Origin: a virus | Lineage: Duplodnaviria; Caudoviricetes | DNA: 59,960 bases | Virus record (IMG/VR): IMGVR_UViG_3300034374_009468 | Location: 1-59,960 of that record | Strand: one strand, 5' to 3' | Part shown: positions 1-8,837 of the stretch, one piece after another | Numbering within the stretch: the first letter of the stretch is position 1 | Layout of the letters: every line of letters starts with the position of its first letter | Program-made: the position numbers and the translations under genes | The notes under the pieces: model-generated | Databases searched by the model: none | Told to the model about the DNA's origin: nothing | The model's input: only the letters and a program-made list of their open reading frames with translations

Positions 1-85
1 GTAGTAATGGTTAGTTTCTTGTTAACAAGAAATGAAAGTTCGATTCTTTCATGGTAATCACAGGTTCGAATCCTGTCCTGACTAC
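1..85 (+). ncRNA. tRNA-like element, 5'-truncated, with two T-arm hairpins
   Basis: T-arm ATGAAAG-TTCGATT-CTTTCAT (32-52) and T-arm ACAGG-TTCGAAT-CCTGT (60-76) followed by acceptor-like CCTGACTAC; 18-nt palindrome at 15-32. No canonical cloverleaf can be completed inside the window. Confidence 0.5.
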
Positions 86-113
86 TATTTATTTAAAATT
101 AAAACAATAAATT

Positions 114-299
114 ATGATTGAACTAACAAGTGCCAGTACAAATAATCCTATATTGATAAATGTAAACCATATAGGACATATATATGTTAATGATAAAGGT
201 ACTATTGTAGGAGTGACAACCCACAACAATGGTGGGTTTATAGTTAAAGAATCAATAGATTATATATATAATTTATTAGATTTGCATTATAGTAAATAA
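114..299 (+). CDS. small hypothetical protein, FlbD-like pattern
   Basis: ORF with A-rich leader; MIELT...ILINxxHI...VKES pattern resembles FlbD-family small proteins. Confidence 0.5.
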   Translation: MIELTSASTNNPILINVNHIGHIYVNDKGTIVGVTTHNNGGFIVKESIDYIYNLLDLHYSK

Positions 300-332
300 C
301 AATTTTTTTTTCACAATGGTTTAGTTTTAACG

Positions 333-360
333 GCAGGTTCTTCGGGACCTGCTAAATTTT
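333..360 (+). terminator. stem-loop with C(UUCG)G tetraloop, probable terminator or stabilising hairpin
   Basis: GCAGGTTC-TTCG-GGACCTGC (333-352), intergenic, short T run after it. Confidence 0.6.
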
Positions 361-373
361 AACACTAAAAATA

Positions 374-565
374 ATGGATGTATATGTAAGTAAAAAAGAA
401 GTAATTGATGATATAATGGAAACATTAGATTATGAATTACAATATCAAGAAGGTGATATATTAATATATTACAATTCTGACACAGATAATGCTACAAGCA
501 TTGATATAAATACAGAAATAAGTTTTATTCTTAAATCAATTTTAAAGAATGAAAAAGTTGTATAA
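374..565 (+). CDS. hypothetical protein
   Basis: ORF co-oriented in a gene string, overlaps next gene. Confidence 0.6.
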   Translation: MDVYVSKKEVIDDIMETLDYELQYQEGDILIYYNSDTDNATSIDINTEISFILKSILKNEKVV

Positions 566-794
566 AATATTAGAAAATAAATTTTTAGGAGAAACTGTAA
601 AATTTGAAATGATTGTATCAGGAGATATATTAAATACATCTTATGGAATACTTGATGTATTAGAAGATAACTCAATATCTATTGGTACAGACAGTGTGTT
701 TGATATCAAACATATAAAAAAAATAAAATTCGAAACAATATTGAAAATATATTATATCAATGATATTGTATTTGAAATTTCATTAATGAATTAA
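549..794 (+). CDS. hypothetical protein
   Basis: ORF co-oriented in a gene string. Confidence 0.6.
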   Translation: MKKLYKILENKFLGETVKFEMIVSGDILNTSYGILDVLEDNSISIGTDSVFDIKHIKKIKFETILKIYYINDIVFEISLMN

Positions 795-805
795 AATTAA
801 AAAAC

Positions 806-1327
806 ATGAATTATTTATTAATTTTATTAGCCGTTAGTATAACAATTTTTATTTTACTTATAATTAAAGGTAATCAAATAGAAAAAAATAAAATAAAAAA
901 ACATCATTTATACGATAATAGAGATCTTAAAAATATGAGTCTGATTCAAGTAAGTGATTATTTAAATTATTTAAAAGAACAAGATTTAAAACTAAAAAAT
1001 GATTTGAATTTAAAACTAAAAAATGATTTGAATTTAAAAGAAATTAAAGACAAAATCATAAAAAATTTAGGTAATGAAAAAGCTAATATTATTTTTTCAG
1101 ATGAAGTTCCTTTAGGTATTAATTTAAATGAATTTAATTTTTACATAGAATATTTAAAAATATTAAAACCTGAAAATCGTAATTTAAATTTTCAAAAACC
1201 TATAATAACTAAAAATAAAAATAAAACTAAAACTAAAATAAGAAATTGGATTAGAAGTACAAAAGTTAAAGATAGAAGAGAATATGTATTTATTAATGAT
1301 ATTTTAGAAGAAATAAAAATATTTTAA
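806..1327 (+). CDS. membrane-anchored hypothetical protein
   Basis: N-terminal hydrophobic helix (YLLILLAVSITIFILLII), basic remainder. Confidence 0.65.
   Translation: MNYLLILLAVSITIFILLIIKGNQIEKNKIKKHHLYDNRDLKNMSLIQVSDYLNYLKEQDLKLKNDLNLKLKNDLNLKEIKDKIIKNLGNEKANIIFSDEVPLGINLNEFNFYIEYLKILKPENRNLNFQKPIITKNKNKTKTKIRNWIRSTKVKDRREYVFINDILEEIKIF
984..1039 (+). repeat. perfect 24-bp tandem duplication, in frame
   Basis: ATTTAAAACTAAAAAATGATTTGA twice plus partial third copy; encodes LKLKNDLN x2. Confidence 0.9.
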
Positions 1328-1347
1328 TAATTAAAACTAAAAAAAAA

Positions 1348-1470
1348 ATGAATGCAAAAGACTATATGGAGTTGCTTGCAAAGATAAAAAATGATATCTT
1401 TGACAAGAGAAAGAAAAGAGAAATTACAGCTGAAGAATATCACGAAGCTATAAAGAAAATTAAAAGGTAG
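1348..1470 (+). CDS. 40-aa hypothetical protein (below ORF-track cutoff)
   Basis: MNAKDYMELLAKIKNDIFDKRKKREITAEEYHEAIKKIKR*; A-rich leader, fills gap before a terminator. Confidence 0.6.
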   Translation: MNAKDYMELLAKIKNDIFDKRKKREITAEEYHEAIKKIKR

Positions 1471-1496
1471 TTCTCATAATTTGGTTTTATATATAT

Positions 1497-1530
1497 TAGC
1501 CTGTTCATACACTGTGGACAGGCTATTTTT
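1497..1530 (+). terminator. intrinsic terminator between convergent genes
   Basis: TAGCCTGTTCATA-CAC-TGTGGACAGGCTA followed by TTTTT. Confidence 0.75.
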
Positions 1531-1927
1531 ATAATACTCCATCCATTAAAGATAAAGCATCATTTAATTTTTTAAATGCGTCTTCCTTATTCCCTGCAAT
1601 AATATCTTTAAGAGAATCTTTAAGTACATCTTTAGGAATATCTATTTCTACTTCTTCGTGTAAGTTTTGTTTTATTGCCTCAGCTTTTAAATACTGATGC
1701 AATGCAAAAATTACATACATATGGCTTTCCACTGGAGTAAGTTGTGTCAATTCTTTATTCGTGATAATTTTTTCAAACTTCTTGAATATATCTGGTAATT
1801 GACTTGTTTCCTCCACTATATTAAATATAAAAAATGTCAATACATTTTCTAAACCCTGTATAAATGAAGTATTTATTTCAAGGTTTTTGATATTTTTTGA
1901 TAAATCGTATTTTAATGTTTTTTCCAT
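1529..1927 (-). CDS. hypothetical protein
   Basis: 132-aa ORF filling the space between terminator and ung; no competing + ORF. Confidence 0.75.
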   Translation of the reverse strand: MEKTLKYDLSKNIKNLEINTSFIQGLENVLTFFIFNIVEETSQLPDIFKKFEKIITNKELTQLTPVESHMYVIFALHQYLKAEAIKQNLHEEVEIDIPKDVLKDSLKDIIAGNKEDAFKKLNDALSLMDGVL

Positions 1928-1942
1928 TATAAAATTTAGTTT

Positions 1943-2623
1943 ATGACTATAAAAGATAAAAAAGATTATTTCTTACACAAATTTAAATATAGTAATTGGG
2001 ATATTGTGTATAGACTTATAATAAATCCTGACTTTGAAGTAATAATACAACAATTAACTGATAATGTTAGTGAAGGTAAAAGGTTTACACCAAAGTATTC
2101 ACGTCTGTTTGATAGTTTTTTAAAATGTCCATATGATGATTTAAAAGTTGTATTTGTAGGACAAGATCCTTATCCACAATTAAATGTTGCAGATGGTTTA
2201 GCTTTTAGTTCTTCAATCAATATGAAAGAACCAAAATCTTTATCTTACATATTTGATGAATTGCAAAAACAATACCCTGATGCAAGTAGAAATTGTGATT
2301 TGTCAAGATGGGCTGAACAAGGTGTATTGTTACTTAATACTGCTCTTACTGTTGAAATAGGAAACATTGGTTCTCATTACAACATATGGAAAAAGTTTAT
2401 GTGTACATTATTCGACTTTTTAAATCTAAGAGATGATTTAATCATTGTATTGTTAGGTAGAAAAGCTGAAGAATTTGTATTACTACTTAATAACAATAAA
2501 ATATTAAAAGTACCACATCCTGCATCTGCTGGTTATAAAGGAGGTGTATGGAACTCTGATAATTTATTTGTTAAAATTAACACAGAGCTTGAAAATCTAA
2601 ATAAATCAAAAATTAAATGGTAA
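1943..2623 (+). CDS. ung: uracil-DNA glycosylase, family 1
   Basis: GQDPY catalytic motif, ADGLAFS, WAEQGVLLLN, HPAS. Confidence 0.95.
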   Translation: MTIKDKKDYFLHKFKYSNWDIVYRLIINPDFEVIIQQLTDNVSEGKRFTPKYSRLFDSFLKCPYDDLKVVFVGQDPYPQLNVADGLAFSSSINMKEPKSLSYIFDELQKQYPDASRNCDLSRWAEQGVLLLNTALTVEIGNIGSHYNIWKKFMCTLFDFLNLRDDLIIVLLGRKAEEFVLLLNNNKILKVPHPASAGYKGGVWNSDNLFVKINTELENLNKSKIKW

Positions 2624-2657
2624 AAAATGCGTATCTTTAGAACTATAAATCAACACA

Positions 2658-3239
2658 ATGTGGGAATTATTCAATTTAGTGCAAAAGAATGATTTGTCTC
2701 CAAATCAATTTTTCTTATTGCTATCTATTAGAGAAAAAATTAGCGTAACAACATTTAATCAAGATGATTACAATAAACTTGTAAAACTTGATTATATAAG
2801 AGATAACAAGATTACTTTAAAAGGTAATAATGTTATAAACAGCATTGATAGTTACTTCTCAGGTAAAAAATCTAAAAGTATCAATGATTTACTCGGTATC
2901 AATTACATCAAAAAAGTAAATGATTATAGAGAATTGTTTCCAAAAGGTAAACTACCATCTGGTTCACCCTCAAGAAATAATGTCAAAAGCTTGACAGAAA
3001 ACTTTGTATGGTTCTTTTCACAATATGATTTTACTTGGGATGAAGTATTAGAAGCTACTAAAATGTATATAGAAGAATACAAAAGAGAAAACTATCAGTA
3101 CATGCAAAACAGTCTATACTTCATTTCTAAACAAGACAAGAATAAAGTTAAATTTTCTAAACTTGCAGATTATTGTGACATGATTAGAGATGGTTATAAC
3201 ATGAACAACAATGATTTATTTAAAGACAAGATTGTATGA
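2658..3239 (+). CDS. hypothetical replication-module protein
   Basis: 193-aa ORF coupled by ATGA overlap to the helicase; function not recognisable. Confidence 0.7.
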   Translation: MWELFNLVQKNDLSPNQFFLLLSIREKISVTTFNQDDYNKLVKLDYIRDNKITLKGNNVINSIDSYFSGKKSKSINDLLGINYIKKVNDYRELFPKGKLPSGSPSRNNVKSLTENFVWFFSQYDFTWDEVLEATKMYIEEYKRENYQYMQNSLYFISKQDKNKVKFSKLADYCDMIRDGYNMNNNDLFKDKIV

Positions 3240-4177
3240 ATTTATGGCAAGGTCAAAAGCAAGCGTATAAAGATGCTATTAATTACATGCTTAAAAGGAA
3301 AAGTGGTGAAGAAACTTCAATCATCACACCTTGGCCTAAATTTAATGATGCTGGTATTAATGGTATAGAATGGAATAATCTTATAGTTATTGGTGCAAGA
3401 CCTGGTTCAGGTAAAACTTTATTGAAAGATCAAATAATAAGAGAATCTTTCAATCTTAATCCAAATGAAGATTTTAGAGTATTAGAATTTAACTTTGAAA
3501 TGTTACCAAAAACTTCAGCTATAAGACAATTTAGTTCTATAACAGGTAAAACTTACAAAGAATTATTAAGTGCTAATAGTAAAATATCAGATAATGTTAT
3601 AAAATATTGTAGTGAGTATGCAAAACAACGCATTCAACTACCTATTGACACTATTTATAAAAGTGTAACTATATCTGAATTTAAAAATCAAATAGATAGG
3701 TACATGGAATATCATAAGGGTAAAAAAACTATCATTACTCTTGACCACACCCTACTTATTAAAAAAGATGCTAAACACGGTAATAATTTTATGCCTATGT
3801 TGTTTGAATTAGGTGAAGCTTTTACCCATATTAAAAGAACATATCCTTGTACTATAATAGCATTATCACAACTTAACAGGAATGTAGATAATCCTGATAG
3901 AGCTGTTGATGGTAAGTACGGCAATTATATTCTAACATCAGATATATTTGGCTCAGATGCTATGTTACAGCATGCAGATATGTTAATTGGTATGAATAGA
4001 CCAGCACAACAAAAAATAAAGTTTTATGGTCCTCAAAGATATATAATTAAAGATGATAGAACTTTAGTATTTCATTTTCTAAAAGTCAGAAACGGTGACC
4101 CAAGAATGAGTTTCTTTAAAGCAGTATTTGAAAAAATGGAAATTCATGAAATGGAAACACCTGACACACAAGTTTAA
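3236..4177 (+). CDS. DnaB-like superfamily 4 replicative helicase
   Basis: Walker A GARPGSGKT, ITLDH, ALSQLNR, QHAD and KVRNG motifs. Confidence 0.92.
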   Translation: MNLWQGQKQAYKDAINYMLKRKSGEETSIITPWPKFNDAGINGIEWNNLIVIGARPGSGKTLLKDQIIRESFNLNPNEDFRVLEFNFEMLPKTSAIRQFSSITGKTYKELLSANSKISDNVIKYCSEYAKQRIQLPIDTIYKSVTISEFKNQIDRYMEYHKGKKTIITLDHTLLIKKDAKHGNNFMPMLFELGEAFTHIKRTYPCTIIALSQLNRNVDNPDRAVDGKYGNYILTSDIFGSDAMLQHADMLIGMNRPAQQKIKFYGPQRYIIKDDRTLVFHFLKVRNGDPRMSFFKAVFEKMEIHEMETPDTQV

Positions 4178-4180
4178 AAT

Positions 4181-4630
4181 ATGAAAGTAGAAGAAAGAAA
4201 ACAGAAATTGTATGAGTTAAAAGAATATCATAAAGATTTCTTTGAAAAAAACAATGGTTTTTATTTGCCTAAAATGGCATATAAACCAAGAGGTAAAAAT
4301 GAACTGCATATAGGATTTTTTCCAAGTGAATTGAAAAAAGCTATTGATATATTTGTAGAGTTTGTAGATAGAGATTATAATATTGAAGGAGAAAGAATAT
4401 TGTATAAATATGAACACAATCCATATTGGGAAGAAGAATATGAAAAATATGTATCCAGCTCAGGTTTTGAAACTTATATTGTTCCTGTAAGTGAACTAAT
4501 TGAAGTCAACAAGAAAATTGATGTTGTAGAAAATGTAATTTCTACTGCGTCTATAAATAAGAAAAGAACAGCACTCGATGTTCTTTTAAACATTGAAAAA
4601 TTATTAATTAATTTAAACAAAAAAATCTAA
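4181..4630 (+). CDS. hypothetical protein
   Basis: ORF tightly packed in replication operon. Confidence 0.75.
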   Translation: MKVEERKQKLYELKEYHKDFFEKNNGFYLPKMAYKPRGKNELHIGFFPSELKKAIDIFVEFVDRDYNIEGERILYKYEHNPYWEEEYEKYVSSSGFETYIVPVSELIEVNKKIDVVENVISTASINKKRTALDVLLNIEKLLINLNKKI

Positions 4631-5310
4631 TGGCACAATCAATTTTAGTTATTGGAGAGTCAGGTAGAGGTAAGAGTACATCTATTAGAAATCTCAACCC
4701 TCAAGAAACATTCATTATTAATATAGCTAACAAGAACTTACCATTTAAAGGTTGGAGAAAGAATTACACTCTTATTTCAACAGATAATCCTAATGGTAAT
4801 GTTTCAAAAGCAAGTAATTTTAGCTCTATTATGAAAACTTTGAAGCATATCAGTAAAGAAATGCCTCATATAAAGAATATTGTTATTGATGATTTACAAT
4901 ATATGTCATCATTTGAATATTTTGATAGAGCTGATGAATCTGGTTTTAAGAAATTTACAGATATAGGTAAAAACTTAGCTAATTTAGCAAGACTACCTAT
5001 CAAACTTCGTGATGATTTATATGTGTTTTTCTTTACACATTTAGAAGAAATCAAAGACACCAATGGGTATAACAAGTTAAAAGCTAAAACTATTGGTAAT
5101 ATGGTAGATAACAGCCTTACTTTAGAAGGTTTGTTTTCTATGGTTTTATATGCAGAATTGGTAAAAGTCAATGATGAATTAAAATATGTATTCAGAACAC
5201 AAAATAATGGTTTTGATACATGTAAAACACCTTTAGGGATGTTTGATAATTTATATATAGATAATGATTTAGCTCAAGTAATTGCAGCTATTGAAGAGTA
5301 TGAAAATTAA
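4630..5310 (+). CDS. Sak4-like / AAA_24 P-loop ATPase (single-strand annealing)
   Basis: N-terminal Walker A GESGRGKS, Walker B IVIDD, C-terminal KTP; precedes an SSB-like gene. Confidence 0.8.
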   Translation: MAQSILVIGESGRGKSTSIRNLNPQETFIINIANKNLPFKGWRKNYTLISTDNPNGNVSKASNFSSIMKTLKHISKEMPHIKNIVIDDLQYMSSFEYFDRADESGFKKFTDIGKNLANLARLPIKLRDDLYVFFFTHLEEIKDTNGYNKLKAKTIGNMVDNSLTLEGLFSMVLYAELVKVNDELKYVFRTQNNGFDTCKTPLGMFDNLYIDNDLAQVIAAIEEYEN

Positions 5311-5333
5311 TTAACAATTAAAATTTAGAAATT

Positions 5334-5996
5334 ATGTTAAGTACAAAAGAAATCAAAACAAGTAATGGTAATAGCCCAGTTTTAAAACCAGGCAATCATG
5401 TTGTAAAAATCAATGCTGTTTATTTATCAGTGCCTCCATACAACTCAGATGCATATGATTTAGTATTTGAAGTTGAATCAGAACCAGTAGGTGGTGATTT
5501 TAAAGGATTTTTAATTGATTCTAACAATGAAAATGGTCCAAGATATCAAGGTCAAGTAGCAAGAGTAAATTCTCAACGTTATCCATTTGCTGACACAGTT
5601 CTTAAAAATGGTAATGAAATTAACAGAGATCAAGAGATCTTAAAAATGTTAGTGAAAATTGCAGAAGCTTTAGATTTGCGTGCTTCATTGGATCAAATAA
5701 CAGCAGGTAATATTGAAGAATTTGTAAAAAGAGCTAATCAAATCTTCAAAAACGGTAAATACTTTAACATCTGTATTGCTGGTAGAGAATGGGAAAACAA
5801 CCAAGGTTACATCAATTACAATTTATTTTTACCAAAATTTAATAAAAATAAATTAGCTTTGGAAAATCTTGATGTTGAAGATTCTAAATTGATTCAATTC
5901 AATGAAGAAGAACATATCATTAAGATTAAAGCAAAAACTATTTCTAACTTTAGCAGCGATGCTGAAGATGATGATGATGATTTTGACCTCTTTTAA
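5334..5996 (+). CDS. putative single-stranded DNA-binding protein
   Basis: Acidic tail ending in aromatic residue (EDDDDDFDLF); position between Sak4-like ATPase and primase. Confidence 0.65.
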   Translation: MLSTKEIKTSNGNSPVLKPGNHVVKINAVYLSVPPYNSDAYDLVFEVESEPVGGDFKGFLIDSNNENGPRYQGQVARVNSQRYPFADTVLKNGNEINRDQEILKMLVKIAEALDLRASLDQITAGNIEEFVKRANQIFKNGKYFNICIAGREWENNQGYINYNLFLPKFNKNKLALENLDVEDSKLIQFNEEEHIIKIKAKTISNFSSDAEDDDDDFDLF

Positions 5997-6003
5997 AGTA
6001 GAT

Positions 6004-6031
6004 AGAGGGGGTTGAATAAATCCCCTCTTTT
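6004..6031 (+). terminator. intrinsic terminator
   Basis: AGAGGGGGTT/AATCCCCTCT stem followed by T run. Confidence 0.7.
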
Positions 6032-6034
6032 ATT

Positions 6035-7021
6035 ATGATTAGCAGTAAAAATTTAATTACCGATATTAATAATGTTCCTGATTACTGGGTTTTTGAACAC
6101 TATCTTAATTTACCAGAAGCACTAAATGGACAGAATATACAAATCAATTCTATATTCAATCCGAATGATAAAACACCCAGTATGTGCATATATATAGATT
6201 CTTTTACATTTGATAATGTTACAAAGAAACAATATTTATATAAAGACTTTTCAACTGGTAATTTTGGTGATAAAATTAAATTAGTATCTAAACTTTTCAA
6301 TTTATCTCTACCCGCAGCAATAAATCAAATACTGAAAGACTATAATAACTGTAAAGACAAAACTATAAGAAAGATTAATAAAAGTTTTGCTCAAAATAAA
6401 TGGATTTGCAGTGGTTATGAGATAAGAGAATGGACTGATAACGATGCTAAATACTGGTTGAAATACAATATAGGTTCTGCTGATTTAAATAATCATAATA
6501 TCAAAGCTTTAAAGTATTTTACTATAAAAAAACAAGAAGAAGAGAAAAATATATATTCTAAACTAATGTATGGTTTCTTTAACTCTAAAGGTGAATTATA
6601 CAAAGTGTATAGACCTTTAAGTAAAAAGATGAAATTCTATAAATTTAAAACTGAAATACAGAATTATGATTTATTAGAATACAAACAACCATATTTAGTA
6701 ATATGCTCTTCTCTAAAAGATTTGATTACATTAAAATCATTTAAATACAATGTAGAAGCTATAGCTCCAGAGAGTGAGAACTCTATGATTAAACCTATCA
6801 TCATTTATAATCTATTAAAAAGATATAAAAAAGTAATAACACTTTTTGATAATGATGAAGCAGGTAAAAAAGCAGTTAATAAATACAAAGAAACTTACAA
6901 CATTGATGGTTTTGTAATGCCTTTAGAAAAAGACATTTCAGATGCTGTTGCAAAGCATGGTGCTAAAAGCATAAAAAAATTGCTTATACCCTACTTTAAA
7001 AGAGTATTATATGAAAGATAA
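6035..7021 (+). CDS. DNA primase (TOPRIM)
   Basis: DKTPS and YKDF-STG degenerate Zn-ribbon region; TOPRIM LFDNDEAG and KDISD. Confidence 0.85.
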   Translation: MISSKNLITDINNVPDYWVFEHYLNLPEALNGQNIQINSIFNPNDKTPSMCIYIDSFTFDNVTKKQYLYKDFSTGNFGDKIKLVSKLFNLSLPAAINQILKDYNNCKDKTIRKINKSFAQNKWICSGYEIREWTDNDAKYWLKYNIGSADLNNHNIKALKYFTIKKQEEEKNIYSKLMYGFFNSKGELYKVYRPLSKKMKFYKFKTEIQNYDLLEYKQPYLVICSSLKDLITLKSFKYNVEAIAPESENSMIKPIIIYNLLKRYKKVITLFDNDEAGKKAVNKYKETYNIDGFVMPLEKDISDAVAKHGAKSIKKLLIPYFKRVLYER

Positions 7022-7406
7022 AGAATGGTTTATTCCTTTTAATGTACCCAGTAGTAAAAACAGTAGAAGATGGACTGGCAAATATTTCATAGCAAGTAAA
7101 ACTGTTATGGCATATAGAACTAATACTAAAAAATATTATGAACAGTACGCATCTGATTTTAAAACTGAGTATGATAAATATGAAAAACCTGTAAAAATTT
7201 CATTTACATTTATACGAGGATCTAAACATAAATTTGACTATATAAATCCTGCACAAACAGTACAAGATGATATGGTTAAAAATAACTGGATACCTGATGA
7301 TAATGCAGATAATATGATACCTGTATTTGAAAAATTTATTTATGATAAAAAAAATCCTGGTGTAATAATAAAAATTAAAGAGAATGATAACAAAAGAAGA
7401 GGTTAA
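7011..7406 (+). CDS. RusA-like Holliday junction resolvase
   Basis: VPSSKN, FDYIN, QDDMV...WIPDDN acidic motifs of RusA fold. Confidence 0.75.
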   Translation: MKDKEWFIPFNVPSSKNSRRWTGKYFIASKTVMAYRTNTKKYYEQYASDFKTEYDKYEKPVKISFTFIRGSKHKFDYINPAQTVQDDMVKNNWIPDDNADNMIPVFEKFIYDKKNPGVIIKIKENDNKRRG

Positions 7407-7764
7407 GTTATTTATGATGAATTTCAATATAACTGATATAGCTGCTGATTTTTCAGGTGGAGGAGATGACGGAGATATAGATAATTTCGATTTTTTAAGA
7501 GATGACGTAGTTATAGAATTAGAAGAAGAAGATAAAAGAAAATATCTTGAAAAACTTTTAGAATTTTTCTATGAAATTTTACATACAGAACTAAATGAAA
7601 AAGGTTATGATTGGATAAACAATGAAGGAGGTTATGGTACAATAACTTATAATTTATCCACAGACAAATACAATATGGATTACAATGAAAGACTAATAGA
7701 TGAATACAATTGGGATTACAATGAAAAAACAATAGAAGAATACAATTGGGAATTTGAATATTAA
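7384..7764 (+). CDS. acidic hypothetical protein (DUF6878-like)
   Basis: FSGGGDDG and W-x-NNEGGYG motifs. Confidence 0.65.
   Translation: MITKEEVKLFMMNFNITDIAADFSGGGDDGDIDNFDFLRDDVVIELEEEDKRKYLEKLLEFFYEILHTELNEKGYDWINNEGGYGTITYNLSTDKYNMDYNERLIDEYNWDYNEKTIEEYNWEFEY
7677..7751 (+). repeat. imperfect 36-bp tandem duplication, in frame
   Basis: DYNERLIDEYNW / DYNEKTIEEYNW at the C-terminus of the 7384 ORF. Confidence 0.85.
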
Positions 7765-8111
7765 TGGCACACCCAAATATCCACGCTAAATCTTCAGCAA
7801 AAAAATATGGTGGAGTTCCTGAAGATTATTTACATATCCACGAATGGTTTGATGAAACTAAAAGCTGGTTAGGAAATTCAAATCATAGATTATTCAGACA
7901 TCATTCAGAGGGAATTTTTGAATGCGAATCCAAATTCGGTAAATCTTTTATTAATTCAGACGGTAAGACTGTATATACAAGATATGTTGGTGAACAACAT
8001 GTAAAAGAAGATTGCAATAACTATATACCATCTGCAAAGGAATGGATTGTTCATATGAATAATAAAACTAAACCTTTATGGATGTTAAAAACCTTAAACA
8101 TAAATGACTAA
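7764..8111 (+). CDS. His-rich conserved protein (DUF6915-like)
   Basis: MAHPxxHAxSS..GG, HRxxRHH, EQHVxED motifs. Confidence 0.75.
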   Translation: MAHPNIHAKSSAKKYGGVPEDYLHIHEWFDETKSWLGNSNHRLFRHHSEGIFECESKFGKSFINSDGKTVYTRYVGEQHVKEDCNNYIPSAKEWIVHMNNKTKPLWMLKTLNIND

Positions 8112-8460
8112 TATAATTTTAGAACAAGCTATAAACATATCAGATATGCTTTATGGCACAAATGAAGATTTTGAATTGGCTGTAGAAAGCTTAAATAATT
8201 TAAAATTAAATGATTTAACAGTAAGCTTAATATTTAATTTAAGTCACGTTTGTAAACCTTATTCAGTAACGACTAGGAGAAGAAAAAACTCATTGAATTT
8301 AAATCCTAAATATGAATTTAAAAGTTTATCTGATTTATATCAATTAGTTCTAAAAGAACCTACTGAATTAAATAAAAGCATTTATGAAGAAATTTTTAAA
8401 AGAGTTATACATAACGCTTTTAATTTAACCATTGATGTAAATATAAGATGGAATCAATAA
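8104..8460 (+). CDS. hypothetical protein, local paralog family
   Basis: Overlapping ORF; NISDML...EDFELA motif shared with neighbours. Confidence 0.7.
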   Translation: MTNIILEQAINISDMLYGTNEDFELAVESLNNLKLNDLTVSLIFNLSHVCKPYSVTTRRRKNSLNLNPKYEFKSLSDLYQLVLKEPTELNKSIYEEIFKRVIHNAFNLTIDVNIRWNQ

Positions 8461-8837
8461 GTTATGAACAATCTTGTAATATAATTGACATGTTATCTGG
8501 AAGTAAGAAAGATAAAGACTTAGCTTGTGAAATATTAAAAAACATGTCGAGTAAAAATGAATTGAGATCTAATCTAATTATCGAAATAAGTTTTAGAAAG
8601 TTTAACTTAGATAATGAACATAGATTAAAAAGTAACATGTTTAATGAAATAAAATATCTGGACAAATTAAGAACTGAAATATTTGGTTCAGATAAAAGAA
8701 CAAACATGTGGGAATTATATGACCAATTAAAAGAAAATAGAAATGATGTAGATGAGAGTTTATTTAAAGATTATATGAAACTAAATATTTCAAGAATGTA
8801 TAGGTTTATAAAAAATGTAGAAATTGAATTAAAATGA
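8448..8837 (+). CDS. hypothetical protein, local paralog family
   Basis: Overlapping ORF; NIIDML...KDKDLA motif. Confidence 0.7.
   Translation: MESISYEQSCNIIDMLSGSKKDKDLACEILKNMSSKNELRSNLIIEISFRKFNLDNEHRLKSNMFNEIKYLDKLRTEIFGSDKRTNMWELYDQLKENRNDVDESLFKDYMKLNISRMYRFIKNVEIELK

Noticed and set aside
1-85. Canonical tRNA with assignable anticodon
   Set aside because: No 7-nt anticodon loop in a proper cloverleaf; 5' end missing.
7677-7751. 36-bp repeat as a CRISPR array
   Set aside because: Two adjacent imperfect copies with no spacer, in frame within a gene.
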